Assembly (NCBI GenBank): GCA_038230695.1
Contig: JBBRMT010000001.1
Coordinates: 132-64,131, forward strand
Length of the DNA: 64,000 bases
From: Chloroflexia bacterium
Lineage (GTDB): Bacteria; Chloroflexota; Chloroflexia; QHBQ01
Direction of reading: 5' to 3'
Shown: piece after piece, positions 6,929 to 16,486 of the stretch
How positions within the stretch are numbered: position 1 is the stretch's first letter
Layout of the letters: each line of letters begins with the position of its first letter
Notes under the pieces: model-generated
What the model was told of the DNA's origin: nothing
Databases searched by the model: none
Seen by the model: the letters and a program-made list of their open reading frames with translations, nothing else
Program-made: the position numbers and the translations under genes

Positions 6929-8830
6929 TTAATGCTTCACGTATTCCATAATCTTAGCCAGCAATTGCGACGATTTGAGCGGTGCGCCGCCGTAGACGTT
7001 GAGGCGGACGAAATCCTTGCGATAGTGGGTGTTGAGCAGGTTGGCGTATTGGCCGGAGTAGTTGACTTCGGGGATGATGATAACCCGCTTGGTGTTGATG
7101 AAGTCGTCAAGTTGCTGAGTGGGGATGGGCCAGAGCATCCGTGGGGCGATCAGGTCCAGCTTCACGCCCTGCTTTTGCGCCTCCAGCAACGCCTCGTAGG
7201 CAACGCCGGTGGTGCTACCCCAGGCGATAATGCCAATCTCGGCGGCGGGGTCGCCAGCGCGGAACGGCTCCGGCGCGTTCTGGGCTGCGCTGATCAACTT
7301 GCGATGGCGCTTATCGGTCATGCGCGTATGATTGATTACGTCGTAGCGCGGGCGGCTAAACTCGTTGTGTTCCAGGCCGCTGCTGGTGTACTGTCCACCC
7401 GCCTGCCCCGGTATGCTCATGGGAGACACGCCATCATCGGTGATGGCATAGCGCTGATATAGCTCGAAACCGCGACTTGCAGCCAGCTCAATATCCACCT
7501 CGTCGCCCTCGCCATCGTTCTCCGGCAGCGTGCCGTTGCCATGTTGCGCTACGGGTGTAGAGTTGCTCTGCCCCAGGGTGGCGTTGGCGCTAGCAGTTGG
7601 GTCATAGAGGACACGCTGTACTAGCTTAATCTTGCTAAGGTCGGGCTTGTGGACGCTCTGGGTACGCACCGACAGGGTGGTATCGGAGAGCAGAATGACT
7701 GGCAATTGATAGCGTTCGGCGAAGTTGAAAGCGTCTATCGCCCGCCAGAAGCAATCGGACACGTCGGTTGGCGCAAGCACGACGCGGGGGAACTCGCCAT
7801 GACCGGCGTAGACCGCCATATTGAGGTCGCCCTGCTCCTGCTTGGTCGGCATTCCAGTGCTGGGGCCGGTGCGCTGAACATCAACAATCACCGCCGGTAT
7901 CTCGGCCATGCCGCTGAGGCCCAGCATCTCTACCATCAGGCTGAGGCCGGGGCCGCTGGTAGAGGTCATCGCCCGCTTGCCCGCGTAGCTCGCGCCCAGC
8001 ACCATGCCCATCGAGGCGATTTCGTCCTCGGCCTGCACCACCGCGCCGCCTACTTTGGGCAATTCGCTCGCCAGGAACTCCATAATATCGCTGGCCGGAG
8101 TGATGGGGTAGCCGAACAGGTGGGTGCAACCGCCCGCGATACAACCCATGCTCAGTAGCTGGTTGCCGGAGATGATGATGCTATCCTCTTCCACTGCGGC
8201 CGCCTTCAGGTAGTAGTTGGCGCGTTCGGGGAAACTCTCCTCGATGTAGCGGAAGCCTAGCTGGAATGCCTGTTTGTTCTTGGCGACCACATCCTCGCCC
8301 TTGCGTAGAAACTTCTCGGTCAGCAGCCGATTGATTGGCTCGATATCCATGCCAAACAGGGCGGCCAACATTCCCACTGCGACCACGTTCTTGCCCAGCT
8401 CGAACTTTAGCTCGCCCTTGGCGATTTTGGTCATGGGCAGGGCCAGGGCGCGGCGGCCGCCCTGCTCGTAGTGGAAGTCGGTAACTGCGCCATCGTCGTA
8501 GAGCAGCAGGCCATCGTCGTGCAGCTCCTCGTAGCTCTTGTCGTAGCCCTCCTGGTTGAAGGCCAGCAGAATGTCCAGCGCTGCGCCTTCGGTGTATAGA
8601 TCTTCGGAACTGAGGCGCACCTGATAGACACTATGACCTCCCTTAATCTCTGCGGGATATGTCTGAAAGGTTAGCACCTTGAAGCCAGCGCGGGCGGCAA
8701 CCTGGGCAAACAGTTCGCCTGTACTCTTCACACCCTCGCCGCTCTCGCCACCCATACGAATAACGATGCTGTGGCGCTGTTCCAGCGTCTGTTCTTCAGT
8801 AATCGTCGGTCTCTCTGCCATAGCTACCAT
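6929..8830 (-). CDS. korA: 2-oxoglutarate:ferredoxin oxidoreductase, alpha subunit (fused domains, 633 aa)
   Basis: Pyruvate/2-oxoacid:ferredoxin oxidoreductase domain architecture. Gene order sucC-sucD-korA-korB on the minus strand. Confidence 0.85.
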   Translation of the reverse strand: MVAMAERPTITEEQTLEQRHSIVIRMGGESGEGVKSTGELFAQVAARAGFKVLTFQTYPAEIKGGHSVYQVRLSSEDLYTEGAALDILLAFNQEGYDKSYEELHDDGLLLYDDGAVTDFHYEQGGRRALALPMTKIAKGELKFELGKNVVAVGMLAALFGMDIEPINRLLTEKFLRKGEDVVAKNKQAFQLGFRYIEESFPERANYYLKAAAVEEDSIIISGNQLLSMGCIAGGCTHLFGYPITPASDIMEFLASELPKVGGAVVQAEDEIASMGMVLGASYAGKRAMTSTSGPGLSLMVEMLGLSGMAEIPAVIVDVQRTGPSTGMPTKQEQGDLNMAVYAGHGEFPRVVLAPTDVSDCFWRAIDAFNFAERYQLPVILLSDTTLSVRTQSVHKPDLSKIKLVQRVLYDPTASANATLGQSNSTPVAQHGNGTLPENDGEGDEVDIELAASRGFELYQRYAITDDGVSPMSIPGQAGGQYTSSGLEHNEFSRPRYDVINHTRMTDKRHRKLISAAQNAPEPFRAGDPAAEIGIIAWGSTTGVAYEALLEAQKQGVKLDLIAPRMLWPIPTQQLDDFINTKRVIIIPEVNYSGQYANLLNTHYRKDFVRLNVYGGAPLKSSQLLAKIMEYVKH

Positions 8831-8931
8831 AGTAAAATCCTTTCCTAGTGAGTGCCGAAGGTGGAAGGTAGAAGGTAGATTGCCGCATCTGCGTGTTCTT
8901 TAATCTACGATCTGCAATCTTAGATCTGCAA

Positions 8932-9789
8932 TCAACCCAGCAGGCTGGGGATCTGGGTGGGCGACTCGGCCACCTTCGCGCCTGCCTTGCTTAGAGCAGC
9001 CATCTTAGCGGCGGCAGTGTCATCGCCACCGCTGATAATCGCGCCCGCATGACCCATGCGCCGATCCGCTGGCGCAGTGCGGCCCGCGATATAAGCGACT
9101 ACTGGCTTGGTCATACTGGACTTGATATAGTCGGCAGCGCGTAGCTCGGCATCGCCGCCAATCTCGCCAATCATCACCACGCTATCGGTGTCGGGGTCTT
9201 GCTCAAATAGCTCCAGAATATCAACGAAGCTGGAGCCAATAATCGGGTCGCCGCCAATACCGACAGCGGTACTCTGACCCATGCCCGCCTGGGTTAGCGC
9301 ATTTACCGCCTCGTAAGTCAGCGTGCCGCTCTTGCTCACCAGGCCCACTCGACCAGGGGCGTGAATGTAGCCGGGCATGATGCCAACCTTGGCCTGCCCC
9401 GGTGTAATCAGGCCAGGGCAGTTGGGGCCAATCAGCCGCGCCCCATGGTCCTTGACGAACTCGTATACCTTCACCATATCCAGCACCGGAATGCCCTCGG
9501 TGATGCAGACGATCAGGGGGATGCCCGCATCGGCAGCCTCCATAATCGAGTCGGCAGCAAATGGGGCAGGGACATAGATAATCGTGGTGTTTGGGATGGC
9601 CTCTGCCATTGCCTCGCGCACAGTGTTGTATACAGGTACGCCGATATGCGTGGTGCCACCCTTGCCGGGCGTAACCCCGCCAACCACATTGGTGCCGTAT
9701 TCGATCATCTGCTGACCGTGGAAGGTGCCATTACGCCCGGTGATGCCCTGGATCAGCAGGCGAGTGTTCTTATCTACCAGAATGCTCAA
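8932..9789 (-). CDS. sucD: succinyl-CoA synthetase alpha subunit
   Basis: N-terminus [44 protein letters not shown] and the catalytic His region are typical SucD. Confidence 0.9.
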   Translation of the reverse strand: MSILVDKNTRLLIQGITGRNGTFHGQQMIEYGTNVVGGVTPGKGGTTHIGVPVYNTVREAMAEAIPNTTIIYVPAPFAADSIMEAADAGIPLIVCITEGIPVLDMVKVYEFVKDHGARLIGPNCPGLITPGQAKVGIMPGYIHAPGRVGLVSKSGTLTYEAVNALTQAGMGQSTAVGIGGDPIIGSSFVDILELFEQDPDTDSVVMIGEIGGDAELRAADYIKSSMTKPVVAYIAGRTAPADRRMGHAGAIISGGDDTAAAKMAALSKAGAKVAESPTQIPSLLG

Positions 9790-9814
9790 GGTTGGTGTAC
9801 TCCTTTGTACATAA

Positions 9815-10951
<1,137 letters not shown>

Positions 10952-11270
10952 GGTATCCTCCTCGATGAAACTGACGCTAACTACACGCCTCATAGGGATA
11001 TTCAACATAATAGCGCGATCAATCGCGCCTAGCCACACAATAAGGGTTCGTTAAGATTATACTACTTTAGGCGTGCCAATCGCAAGTTTGGCTACGTTTA
11101 CAATTGTGATCCAAATTATTGGGGAAATTAGGACCGAGCAGTAGGCAGCCTTGGTTGGCGAGCTAACTAGCCTGTAACTTGTATCACAACCTGCGTATCC
11201 TCTGCTTATGTTCGGAACTGCAGAGGGTACTCGCGCCCGTATATGATTAAGACAGACGTTCAGGAAAGGG

Positions 11271-11771
11271 CTAGCCGCCGTTTGATGTTGGGGGAGGTAG
11301 AGGCATCTGCCGCCACTCGCTCGGTGCGCTATCGCCACTGTAGGTAGTGGCCCACACGCGCCAACGAGTGTAGCTGTACTCCAGGAAGAGGTTGCGCCGC
11401 TGGTAATTAGCGCCGATTATACCGTAAACGATCTCCGGCTTGAACCAGCTATTGCCGTCGTGTGAATACTGAAACTCAAGGTTATAGCTGGCGCTGTGGT
11501 CATTGATGCGTTGCCAGACGAAGGTGATTGGCGTATCCAGGTGGGCAGGCCGCGTGCCATCGGCAGGCGAGAGCAACACAGGTACTGAGCCAACCCCAGC
11601 CAATGGGGTAGCCGCGCCGACCGCTGCGCTGTTTGCCATTAGCGCAGCACTGGCAGCTGAAACCGATGTAGCAGGCGGTTCGCTGCCAAACATCATCATT
11701 AGCGCGGTTAGCAGCGCTGCTAGTACGGTTGCACCTACGGCCCATCTGCCATTATCTACACCAGTTCGCAA
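11271..11771 (-). CDS. secreted hypothetical protein (signal peptide, 166 aa)
   Basis: Hydrophobic N-terminus followed by an Ala/Ser-rich region. No domain recognised. Confidence 0.5.
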   Translation of the reverse strand: MRTGVDNGRWAVGATVLAALLTALMMMFGSEPPATSVSAASAALMANSAAVGAATPLAGVGSVPVLLSPADGTRPAHLDTPITFVWQRINDHSASYNLEFQYSHDGNSWFKPEIVYGIIGANYQRRNLFLEYSYTRWRVWATTYSGDSAPSEWRQMPLPPPTSNGG

Positions 11772-11813
11772 GGGTCTCCTCTTTCAACCTTCAACTTTCA
11801 ACTTTCAACTTAG

Positions 11814-13046
11814 CTACGCCACCGATCGCACCCGCTCGGCGATTGCGTCAATCAGGGCATCGTCATCGTTCCAGCCGCCAAACGTGGTAAGCTGGGTGGC
11901 GGGGGCGTACTGGGCGTGGGCGTGTTCGAGCAAGAGGGGCATTTCGGTGAGTAGGGTTACGCTATCGGCGCTATATGTGAGCGGCATCGCCAGAATCTGC
12001 TTCGCCCCCGCCGCTTGCAGTTGACTGAAGGCGTTGCCCAGGTTGGCGGGGGACGGCAGGGTGATGCTGACAATGCGCGTGGGGGCAATGCCACTGCGCT
12101 CCAATGCTCCACTCAAGCGTTCGCGGAAGGCGGCCTCACCCTTGCTCTCACCGTTGGCGCGGCGTTGCCCGATTAGCAATACGCCAACCCCGTCACGGGC
12201 TTCGCCGACGCTGGTTGTGACACGGCGCAGATATAGACGCACCAGGGCATCGGAGTCGTGCAAGGCGGGTGCATCGCGCACTTCCACCCCCAGCCGATCC
12301 ATCCGCAAACCTTGCAGCAATGACGAAGTGGCGCTGCCATTCAGGGCGGCATCGAGCGCGGGGCGGGTCACAATCAGCCGCCTCGCCCCGTCCAGCACCG
12401 CGCCCGCCGCCATTTCGTCGAGGAAGGGATGGTTGTCGCTGAAGGCGATATAGACGCGGTAACGCTTGCCCAGCTTGTCGCTCAGCTTCTGGGCAATGCG
12501 AGTGTGGATGCGCCGCTGTGGACTTTGCCCCAGTTTGGCATAACGCTGGCGGGCTTGGCGCATGGTGAAGGGGCGGACCAGAATGGGCGGTGCGGCCAAG
12601 CCGTGGGCATGGAGATGCTCGTAGGTGTAGTTATAAGGCAGGCTGCTGTAGCTGTCCGGCTCACAATTAGCATAATAGATAATCGCGGTGCGCGGTGGGT
12701 TGCTACTGGCGCTGCTATTCAGCTTCAAAGTAGCCTGACGCAAATCGGGGATGATGCTACGTTCGCGTTCGGGGCGACCCAGCAGAAAGTAGGTAGTCAC
12801 CGCATAGCCCAGGAACGCCGATAGCAGCAGGCTGACCAGCCCGACCATAGCGTTTACCACCGCGCTGCCCGCCGCGTTGATGCTGATGATCAGGGTTAGT
12901 ATACCCAGCGTGGCAAAGATCACTGCCATCAGCCCGAACAGGCGCATGTGGTGGGCGCTATCAGCAATCAGATAGAAAACCAGCATCGCGCCGGTGATAA
13001 GACCGATAACTACCGAGAGGGCGATGCCTACATTGAAGTTAGCCAA
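11814..13046 (-). CDS. membrane protein with 3 N-terminal TM helices and a C-terminal duplicated CbiX/chelatase-like fold (weak)
   Basis: TM helices are seen directly. The C-terminal halves loosely resemble class II chelatase (CbiX-like) units; this is inference only. Start TTG at 13046 (AGGAGG 9 nt upstream) is preferred over TTG at 13055. Confidence 0.45.
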   Translation of the reverse strand: MANFNVGIALSVVIGLITGAMLVFYLIADSAHHMRLFGLMAVIFATLGILTLIISINAAGSAVVNAMVGLVSLLLSAFLGYAVTTYFLLGRPERERSIIPDLRQATLKLNSSASSNPPRTAIIYYANCEPDSYSSLPYNYTYEHLHAHGLAAPPILVRPFTMRQARQRYAKLGQSPQRRIHTRIAQKLSDKLGKRYRVYIAFSDNHPFLDEMAAGAVLDGARRLIVTRPALDAALNGSATSSLLQGLRMDRLGVEVRDAPALHDSDALVRLYLRRVTTSVGEARDGVGVLLIGQRRANGESKGEAAFRERLSGALERSGIAPTRIVSITLPSPANLGNAFSQLQAAGAKQILAMPLTYSADSVTLLTEMPLLLEHAHAQYAPATQLTTFGGWNDDDALIDAIAERVRSVA

Positions 13047-13217
13047 TTGTCTCAACCTCCTGCTTGATAAGCCGCATTATAGGGCTTGCCTGGGGCTTTG
13101 GCAAGAGGTACTTTTGGTTAGTTTAATTGAACCAATTTGCCCTATGCGACGTATATGACTTATAATAGGAAGCATCAGGGCGCAGCGTTAACCGCCCTGC
13201 ACGGGAGGAGAACGGCG

Positions 13218-13916
13218 ATGGCAACCATGGAGAATGATGAGCAGCGGGTGCAAGTAAACTATGCTGCCCCGCTGTGGGCAACGATTAGCGCCAGCTTGCT
13301 GCTGGTGGCGGTGGTTGGTTTCCTGGCGATCCTCAGTTTCACTGGCTTGATTAACCTGCTTGTCAACGAGCGTGATGGCTTTACCGCGCTATTTTGCGGC
13401 TTGCTCAACCTGCTGCTGTTCACCGGCCTGGCCTTTTTTGCCGTCGCCATCACCAAAGGGGCGCGCGACCTGGGTACGCCGATGCAGCTTACCAACGGCC
13501 TGATTGTTGATCATAGCTACCGTCAGCAGCGCGGCGGCGGCGCATACTGGCTGGTGGTGGATACCGATGCCCAGTCCGAGCCTGCGCCAATAATGCGCTA
13601 CATCCCGATGGCGCAGAGCAAGGCGCTGAAGAACGACAATACCCGCCTGGTCTTTGGCGTGAACCCTGCCCCCGCCGACCCCGACGTTCCCACCCCGGCC
13701 CCTGCTGAGGACGACCCCAACCAGATATTTGCCCGCAACGAGCGCCTCACCATGCCCACCATCCTGCGCTTCCGCGTGGATAAGCCGCTCTACGAGTCGC
13801 TGCGGCTCAATGACCGCGTCACTATCGCCCACTCTCGTTACCTGCAACACGTATATTACGTGCAGCAATGGGAAGGCAATCATGGGGTGGTGCTGAAGAA
13901 TAAATCGCTGCTCTAA
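13218..13916 (+). CDS. hypothetical membrane protein (2 TM helices)
   Basis: ATG at 13218 with GGGAGGAGAAC SD. The ORF track's upstream extension from 13137 lacks an RBS. Confidence 0.5.
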   Translation: MATMENDEQRVQVNYAAPLWATISASLLLVAVVGFLAILSFTGLINLLVNERDGFTALFCGLLNLLLFTGLAFFAVAITKGARDLGTPMQLTNGLIVDHSYRQQRGGGAYWLVVDTDAQSEPAPIMRYIPMAQSKALKNDNTRLVFGVNPAPADPDVPTPAPAEDDPNQIFARNERLTMPTILRFRVDKPLYESLRLNDRVTIAHSRYLQHVYYVQQWEGNHGVVLKNKSLL

Positions 13917-13985
13917 CCAAGTGGCAAGTTGAAAGTGATTGAAGTAAATCGTAGGGGCGGGCAGCCGCTCGCCCTTGTGTATTGA

Positions 13986-14708
13986 TCACGTAATGCTGAA
14001 CCACACCCCGTATTGCACTGCCCTCAGTTTCTTCGCCACCGCTTGCGATGCAATATTCTCCCACCAGGTGCTGTAGAGCGGCAGCCTGCCAGTTGCGCGC
14101 AGGGCAGCGGCCCAACCGCGCACCGCTTCGGCAGCATAACCACATCCGCGATAGGTCTCAATTGTGTGTACGCTGGCTTCAGCTACCTGCGCCGTGATGC
14201 GGGCGGAGGAGCAAGCTGCTACTGCCATGCCGTCCGCAACCATCACTACCACTGGCTGATGCTCGGCTATATGACTCAGCGTGTAGGGGTAATTGGCTTG
14301 CAGCAAGGTCGCGTTCTCCGGCGTGATCGTCACCGATTGTAGGGGTGGAGGGTGTTCACCCTGAGCGAGTTCCGGCAGATAGTAAGATGGGCCAGCATAA
14401 ACCTTGCTAATTGGAGCGTACTGCCCTAGCAATTCCTGATACTCGGCAATATGGTAGGGCAATTCTTGTAGCTCACTGGCAACTGGCTCATCAGCGGTCA
14501 ATCGCGCAAGCGCGGTGACGAGACTAGCAGGCAGATCGTAGCGGACACGCCAGAGGTTGCCTGCACTGGTACGGGATAGGAAGAAGCGTGGCGCAGGGCC
14601 GTCAGGGTCAGGTTCATTGACGCGCAGCAACCGGCCACTTGCGTCGTAAACGTAGAGTGCGTCGGCCTGCAGTTCGGCTAGTTCAATATTGCTAAAGTTA
14701 ATGCTCAC
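13986..14708 (-). CDS. GNAT-like acetyltransferase domain protein with an N-terminal extension
   Basis: C-terminal RGCGYAAEAVRGWAAAL resembles GNAT motif A. The start overlaps the stop of the upstream gene. Confidence 0.5.
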   Translation of the reverse strand: MSINFSNIELAELQADALYVYDASGRLLRVNEPDPDGPAPRFFLSRTSAGNLWRVRYDLPASLVTALARLTADEPVASELQELPYHIAEYQELLGQYAPISKVYAGPSYYLPELAQGEHPPPLQSVTITPENATLLQANYPYTLSHIAEHQPVVVMVADGMAVAACSSARITAQVAEASVHTIETYRGCGYAAEAVRGWAAALRATGRLPLYSTWWENIASQAVAKKLRAVQYGVWFSIT

Positions 14709-16357
14709 TTAGTCCCCAACGCTGCCGCATCATACTGATTGCTATAGTTCCAAAGCATCCAGCCGGAAGTGTTATAGCTGGCAGCAGCGGCGGTTTCCGC
14801 CTTAATCTCGGTGGGGCCATAGCTGACATTGTTCGAGGTGAAGGCTTGCAGCCAGGGACGCAATTTGGCGTGGGCATCGAGCAGTCTGGGAGCGCCCTTC
14901 TGCAAGACGTAGCCCACAATATCGGAGGGATGCTGATCTGGCACGTCAAAGCCGAGGAAGCCCTTGCCAAACGAGGAGGGATAAAGGGTGGGGCAGAGAT
15001 AATCGGCGTACTGCGCCATAAGCCCAAAGTCGAGGCCGCCACCGCCATCACCTTTAGTGGTGGGGGTGAGGCCGTAGGTGGTAGCCGCCACCATGCCACC
15101 CAGGGGCGCAACTGCCGCCTGCGCTCGTAGCAGGAAGTCTTGCACCGCCGCGCTGGCAGCCTTGCCATTGGCAAGTGGAAAGGCCATATCGCCAAGCGCC
15201 CCCACGGTAGGGAAGCCTACATCGTCGAACTGTATTTCATCGAAGCCGCGACTGACTAGCTCCTTGGCGATGCTCAGATTGTAATCTGCCGCCGCCGGGT
15301 TGTAGGGATCTAGCCAGTGGTCGCCGTTAGCGTCGCTCCAGGAGCCTCCATGCCCCGCGCTATGTATTGCCCAATCGGGATGGGCGGCAGAGGCGGGGTC
15401 ATCCCAGAACGTGACCATGCGGGCGATAGCGTAGATATGGTGCTGCTTAAGAGTTGCCAGCACACTGTCGAGGTCGCCGATGCCGCCATGACCCATAGCA
15501 TTATCCTGCTGCACGGCGGGTAGGCGACTATCGTACAGCACGTAGCCAGCGTCGCCTTTCACCTCGATGACAAAAGCGTTGATGCCGGTCTTATCCGCCA
15601 GGTCAAGCAGGGCGGCGAAGTTACCAGGGGTGTTGACTGTATCGGCACGCACGTAGATGGCTTTGGCCTGGAAGGGGGTTAGCTTGACCGTGAGGGTGGA
15701 GGTAGCGGCAAAGGTTGTAGTCATTACCTGGTAGCCGGGGGCTTTGACCAACATGGTGCGGGTGGGGTCGAGGTCGCCGAGCGGCAGGTTGATCGCGCCG
15801 CTCTTGCCAGTAACGCTGCTGATCAGCGAACCAGGGGTGAGCGTCTCCACACCTTGCGCGGTTGCCCACTGCTGGGCGGTGCCAACGAAGATGAAGGCGG
15901 ACGGCACTGGCTGACCGCTGCTAGCATCAACTACCGTGCCGCGCAGCGAGGTGGGGCGCAAGCGACGATCAAAAGGGTTGGCCCCGGTTACGCTGGCAAT
16001 CGGGATGGTCTGGCTGATGTAGCCATCCACGGCAATGATGATACGGGCATCATCAGGCAGGTTGCGAAAGGTGTATGCGCCGCTAGTGTTGCTGGTGGCG
16101 GTCAGGGTGGTGGTATGGCGCAGGAAAGGGATGGGGTTGGTATCGGTGATCGGCTGATTGGTTTCGGCTTGCATGGTCACGCCCACGATAGGCTGGCCGC
16201 TGTAAGCATCGCTGATATGGCCGCTGGTGAAGTGTTCGGGGATAAACTGGTAGTAGCCAATGCCGATCAGCGCACCCAGCGCCACGATGAAATAGGCAAG
16301 GAAGTGTGGCCCCGGCGCTTTCTGTTCGTCTTCGTATATCCAACTAGGTCGGGGCAT
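14705..16357 (-). CDS. membrane-anchored putative glycoside-hydrolase-like protein (DUF4015/GHL-type TIM barrel) with a CarboxypepD_reg-like beta-sandwich
   Basis: Paralogous to 16487-18772. Shared blocks: YAIARMVTFWDDP / YVIARIVCFVEPG, WLDPYNP…GFDEIQFDDVGFP / WLDPTNP…GFDEVQLDYMRF, and CPTLYPSSFGKGF / SPMIYPSHFSPGE. SD GGGGAGG 5 nt before the ATG at 16357. Confidence 0.55.
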   Translation of the reverse strand: MPRPSWIYEDEQKAPGPHFLAYFIVALGALIGIGYYQFIPEHFTSGHISDAYSGQPIVGVTMQAETNQPITDTNPIPFLRHTTTLTATSNTSGAYTFRNLPDDARIIIAVDGYISQTIPIASVTGANPFDRRLRPTSLRGTVVDASSGQPVPSAFIFVGTAQQWATAQGVETLTPGSLISSVTGKSGAINLPLGDLDPTRTMLVKAPGYQVMTTTFAATSTLTVKLTPFQAKAIYVRADTVNTPGNFAALLDLADKTGINAFVIEVKGDAGYVLYDSRLPAVQQDNAMGHGGIGDLDSVLATLKQHHIYAIARMVTFWDDPASAAHPDWAIHSAGHGGSWSDANGDHWLDPYNPAAADYNLSIAKELVSRGFDEIQFDDVGFPTVGALGDMAFPLANGKAASAAVQDFLLRAQAAVAPLGGMVAATTYGLTPTTKGDGGGGLDFGLMAQYADYLCPTLYPSSFGKGFLGFDVPDQHPSDIVGYVLQKGAPRLLDAHAKLRPWLQAFTSNNVSYGPTEIKAETAAAASYNTSGWMLWNYSNQYDAAALGTK

Positions 16358-16363
16358 CACTAC

Positions 16364-16379
16364 CTCCCCTTTCGGGGAG
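16364..16379 (-). promoter_or_regulatory. hairpin CTCCCC-GAAA-GGGGAG whose 3' arm is the Shine-Dalgarno of the 14705-16357 gene
   Basis: Perfect 6-bp GC stem. On the mRNA, GGGGAGG lies 5 nt before the AUG, so SD sequestration is possible. Confidence 0.4.
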
Positions 16380-16482
16380 TTTTAAGTTTTGAGTTCTGAG
16401 TTATGAGCTATGACCCTGTACTGGTTGGATACCTGTCGCTGCCATCATCAACTCAAAACTTAAAACTTAAAACTTAAAACTC
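16377..16482. mobile_element. ~106-bp AT-rich element bounded by 19-bp imperfect terminal inverted repeats built from heptamer repeats (GAGTTTT AAGTTTT GAGTT … AACTCAAAAC TTAAAAC TTAAAAC TTAAAACTC); MITE-like or complex regulatory hairpin
   Basis: The left arm GAGTTTTAAGTTTTGAGTT (16377-16395) is the reverse complement of AACTCAAAACTTAAAACTC, found at 18/19 match in two registers (16450-16468 and 16464-16482). It is strongly AT-rich in a GC-rich genome and sits between tandem paralogous genes. Confidence 0.4.
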
Positions 16483-16486
16483 ATCA

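Noticed and set aside
16441-16486. Considered the (TTAAAAC)n tract as a CRISPR or a satellite
   Set aside because: Only 3-4 heptamer copies. The tract forms one arm of an inverted repeat with the GAGTTTT/AAGTTTT arm, so it is better explained as a hairpin/MITE-like element.
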